Below are positions 60,352 through 64,000 of a stretch of 64,000 bases of DNA, one piece after another. Source of the stretch: Marsupella aquatica (Eukaryota > Plantae > Marchantiophyta); NCBI GenBank assembly GCA_973895155.1, contig OZ316893.1, positions 21,560,955-21,624,954 of the forward strand, written 5' to 3'. The notes under the pieces were generated by a model. That model was not told the DNA's origin. It ran no database searches and was given only the letters and a program-made list of their open reading frames with translations. Each line of letters opens with the position of its first letter. The stretch's first letter is position 1. A program made the position numbers and the translations under genes.

Positions 60352-62544
60352 CCGATGCGATGATCCTAGTTTTAGAAGAGTCTAAGACCTCCTCACCTTC
60401 GAAGCTGTCCTTCCGAGCAGTTTTCTGGGGATATATACTAGTAGTTGCTGACCTGGAGGCATTCCGAGGGGAAACCTAAGGGGGTGCTTTGGTCCCAGAC
60501 TGAATCGCGATTGTGTTTGCGTGTAACCCTCTCTAATTCCAGCTGGAATGCTTGTAAATACGCGAGGACGTCCAGATCAGGAAAGCAACGCACCTGATCC
60601 TCTCTGGCGTTTGCTCCGTGGAGACCCACGAATGGCCGGTCCGTTCCACAACTCTCCACAACAGTAGTGTCAGATCCAAAAGTCTCACAGCAAACACGAA
60701 GTGCCAGCCAAGCCAGTCACCTCATCTGGGCGCAGCTCGAAAAGGAGTCACCAGTAAGGTACTGCACGCACCCCAAAATGGACTACAGATCTGCACATTA
60801 AGCAATCCCCAGTCTTAAAGCACACTCCACATAACAGACATTGGATTCAGAGAATGCCCAGAAAATTTCTGATAACGGATTGCATAAACAAAGGGCCGGG
60901 AAACCCCACCCACCTAAAATGCACTACCTTATAAAACACAGCAATGTGCACTTAGTGTCCTCATCTGGTAATACGACGAGAATGTATGCAAGAGAAATGA
61001 GAAGTCCAGTTATGTTCGGCCAGCCGAGATTTGAGATTAGCAGGTTCTATCTTGGATCATGCAGTAGCCTACCTTCAGTAGCTTGCAGACGAACAGCCAG
61101 CGAGGAAGAGCCAAGAAGGAGTGATTCACTGGACAAAGAAATTCAGACTAAGAGAATAGTGTCACAATGAAATCAAGCAAGAGAGAGTTGCTCAGTCTGC
61201 TTCGCTGATTACACCACCCAACCCATCCCCCTCCCCCAAGGGAGTTCCCTGAGGTAGTTGTTTACTTCTACTTGCAATGGCCTGGAGGACTTGGGGGTTA
61301 ACTTAGTGAACATTTTGGGATACTACGTGCAATCAGTGTTTACTATAAGTAATCATATTTTATAAAAAAATTTTTTTTACAAATATTCTCTATTCATCCT
61401 TAATGACCTGTTTGTTTAAGAAACATATAAAAAAGAATATATGTTTCAACATTCTAAGGTTATAATACCTTGTTTTACCTTCTACGATCTTAAAAATTTG
61501 TGCAAATATCACTTGATTATACCCATTTTCACTCACGCTTGGTTCTCATGAATTTCCGTAGTCGACCTGATGAGGTGGAGAATCACTGGGTTTTGCTACC
61601 CAGCCCTTCAGACTTCCCGGTTCCATTTGTCACTTGGAGAAGTTTGGGCCCTAAAATTTTTGTGTTTCTCAGAAGGACCAGTTCCGGCCAGAAATTTGTG
61701 GCTAGATGAGATGATGTTGTTTTCAACCTTCAATTGTGCATGTATGTTTGCTTGCTGAAAATATTTTTCTGTCTGTAAGTTGCTGAAATGCAAGAAAGTG
61801 GCTCTACATTTGAGAATCAAAGAAGATGGGCCAGTTTGGGGACTCGCCTCCATGGAATTGTCGTTTTTTCCCTTCTCCTGTTTCTGACCTCTAACTCTAT
61901 TTTCTAGTTGTGCCTTGAATTCAGACTATAAGTTGCAAGAATGACAAAGTGGCCGTCAATGGTGAAGCTGAGGCTTATGGTTCTGGTATAATTAAATTTG
62001 TTGGCATGATGTTCAGGTTGTTAGCAGGTTGAATTATGCTGGGGTCAATGGTGTGATAATCAATTGATTGGCTTTCCACGAACTGTTAAAGACATGATCA
62101 GGGTCATATCAGACGGGGCCAACGACACACACGGGACAATCAAACATTGAGACACATAGAAGGTATTTATACTGGCAAGCTGTCTGTTGACACCAATGGA
62201 GATGTTGTTCTTACTTAGTTTATAAGAATGAAGAAGCAATGTACTAACTCCGTCGTTTACCAAGTCAGCGTATGAAAAGCTTGACGAGAACCCGGATCTC
62301 GGAGACGGAATAGGCTCCAGAATTTCCAATTTTATAGAACTAATCTTTGTCTATGTTTGCACTTTGGCAGTGAACAGTTTCCAATTCGTTGTTCTGCTGA
62401 GATTGAGATTGAGGTTGAAGTCTGCAATTCCTAAATTTTCCTATGCTCCATGTAGTTTGGACAGAGATGGGGAGAATAAAAATTCAAAGACATTGCCAAG
62501 TACCAGGGGATGAGACCTTGGACCCTCTGGACCGAACTTCAAAA

Positions 62545-62910
62545 GCTCCACTGCACATTACGGTAAGTTCTACAAGCCCCAAGCAAGGCATTCCAAGTCA
62601 CTTCATCTGGAATGTTCCAGTGGCATGTCATTGATGAAGAGCTTTGCTTCATCCGAATGTCCGCCCTGCCCAGGAAGATTCACCATGCACGTACAATGCA
62701 CAATGTCTGGCTCGATCCCATAATCTTGCGACATAGCTAAAAAGAGTCTACGGCCGTCATCAACAAGGCCTCCATGATAACAGGCTGACAGCACTGCCAC
62801 AACGAATAATTATCGGGCTTCACACCGTTTCTGGTCATTTTTCTAAAAAATCCAGGGCTTCATTCCCACATCCATGTTGTGCAAGTCCACAGATCATTAC
62901 ATTCCATGCA
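62545..62910 (-). pseudogene. Degenerate fragment of a PLS-class pentatricopeptide repeat gene (last PPR motifs and start of the E domain)
   Basis: WNVMICGLAQHGCGNEALDF/fs/RKMTRNGVKPDNYS/fs/VAVLSACYHGGLVDDGRRLFLAMSQDYGIEPDIVHCTCMVNL..GHSDEAKLFINDMPLE/fs/PDEVTWNALLGACRTY, with three frameshifts. Confidence 0.85.
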
Positions 62911-64000
62911 CGAATTCCATCACGACAGAAGGGACAGCCACTAAGAGACCTCCTGTGGGGAGACCTTTTGCAAGCTCGCCAACGGTTTCTCGGTTCAAAC
63001 CGGTTAGCAGATCACATTTGTGCCTGTTTCATGCTGACTTATCTACGCCTGGGAGGTGGGCAAAGACTGAGCGTAGTCACTAGAACTGCAGCAAATCCCC
63101 GCGTTGCAAAAACTATGGAGACAGGAGCCAGCACTTAGATCGCTTAATCAAAGGGTACTTTACCAGTGCGGGGTCATGTGCATGGAGTTGTGTTTGATAA
63201 TTGCTAGATCACAATAACTACAAATATCCGGCTGGTTTGATTTCAACCTGCGAAAGTAAACTATGAAAGAACCTTCAATCTATTCATGTAGACCCCTGAA
63301 AGTATCCTATGGAGCAAGTAAGCTGCTGCCGGTTGACGTAATGGAGCACTGTAAACTACAGAAGAGCCGTTCATTCACTCTTCTTCACCAAAGAGTAGTT
63401 TGTGTATACATGTGTTTGCACAAGTTGATCTGTTGTACATGGACTTTAAGCTAAGCCCAGTGTAGATGTTGTCCGGAAGTGATCATTTGACTCGTTAAGT
63501 ACTTTTTGATCACGGGCTTAGGCAAACAATTGTAAAATCAGAATTTCTCTTCATGCTCTTGAACTCCAATTGACTTGTTTGAATTTTAGAGTTGAATGGC
63601 TGGCAATGATCTGCAACTTGTCTTTGAGCCGGGTTGGCCAACAAAAGTACCCGAGCTACTCTTGGTCAACCATGAAATTACACTACCAGGGCCCTGATCT
63701 GAGCATACATCTCTACCCATTCCAGGCCCAAGTTCCTCTCCTGGTGATGTGGGGTTACTCCTTTGGGTCGGCTGCTGGTACTCTGTGATCTGTGGGTTAA
63801 CCGTTCTGGTTTCTGGATTTGTTTTCTTTGTTCCCGCGGGAATACAATTGGCGTACAATCGGCTCCTCTGAGCTATAGAAAAACTTTATACCAACACAAG
63901 GGAACCATGATTAGTTGGTGTTTTCTTCCTAAATCCCACGTCCATAATAAAAGCATCCCTCAATATTGTAAGCGCAAGGTTTTACTCACTAATCTAGTAC

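Noticed and set aside
60390-62340. Possible minus-strand exons (60438-60659, 62060-62329) with donor-like sites
   Set aside because: They cannot be joined into a coherent reading frame or matched to a known family.
1-64000. tRNA, rRNA or snRNA genes
   Set aside because: GGTTCGA-like T-loop hits (e.g. ~5445, ~12455, ~23772) lack a cloverleaf context, and no rRNA or snRNA signature was seen by eye.

Overview
Eukaryotic nuclear DNA from a land plant, probably a non-seed plant such as a bryophyte (inferred from gene content, short GT-AG introns and a PLS-class PPR remnant; the taxon cannot be fixed from the sequence alone). The first ~44 kb is a compact housekeeping block: a CLSY-type SNF2 remodeller (5' end outside the window), an STI1-domain protein, mitochondrial ribosomal protein S34-like, DusA-like tRNA dihydrouridine synthase, QCR6, DNA2 helicase/nuclease, DPH4, an intronless CbbY-like HAD hydrolase and a frameshifted RF298-like RING fragment. 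The last ~20 kb is repeat-rich and holds the most notable system: two tandem, intronless minus-strand genes for a ~450-aa multi-pass membrane protein whose motifs match an uncharacterised family I know from filamentous fungi (candidate fungus-to-plant horizontal transfer). The two proteins are only roughly half identical, yet both sit behind nearly identical upstream regions with five conserved W-boxes, a TATA box and a plant-type 5'UTR intron. One copy is intact (57531-58889). The other is split by a 3030-bp non-autonomous Helitron (47726-50755; TC...CTAG, inserted between A and T), and removing it restores a clean 449-aa ORF. A long G-U-rich foldback at 41430-41555 is a candidate hairpin RNA.
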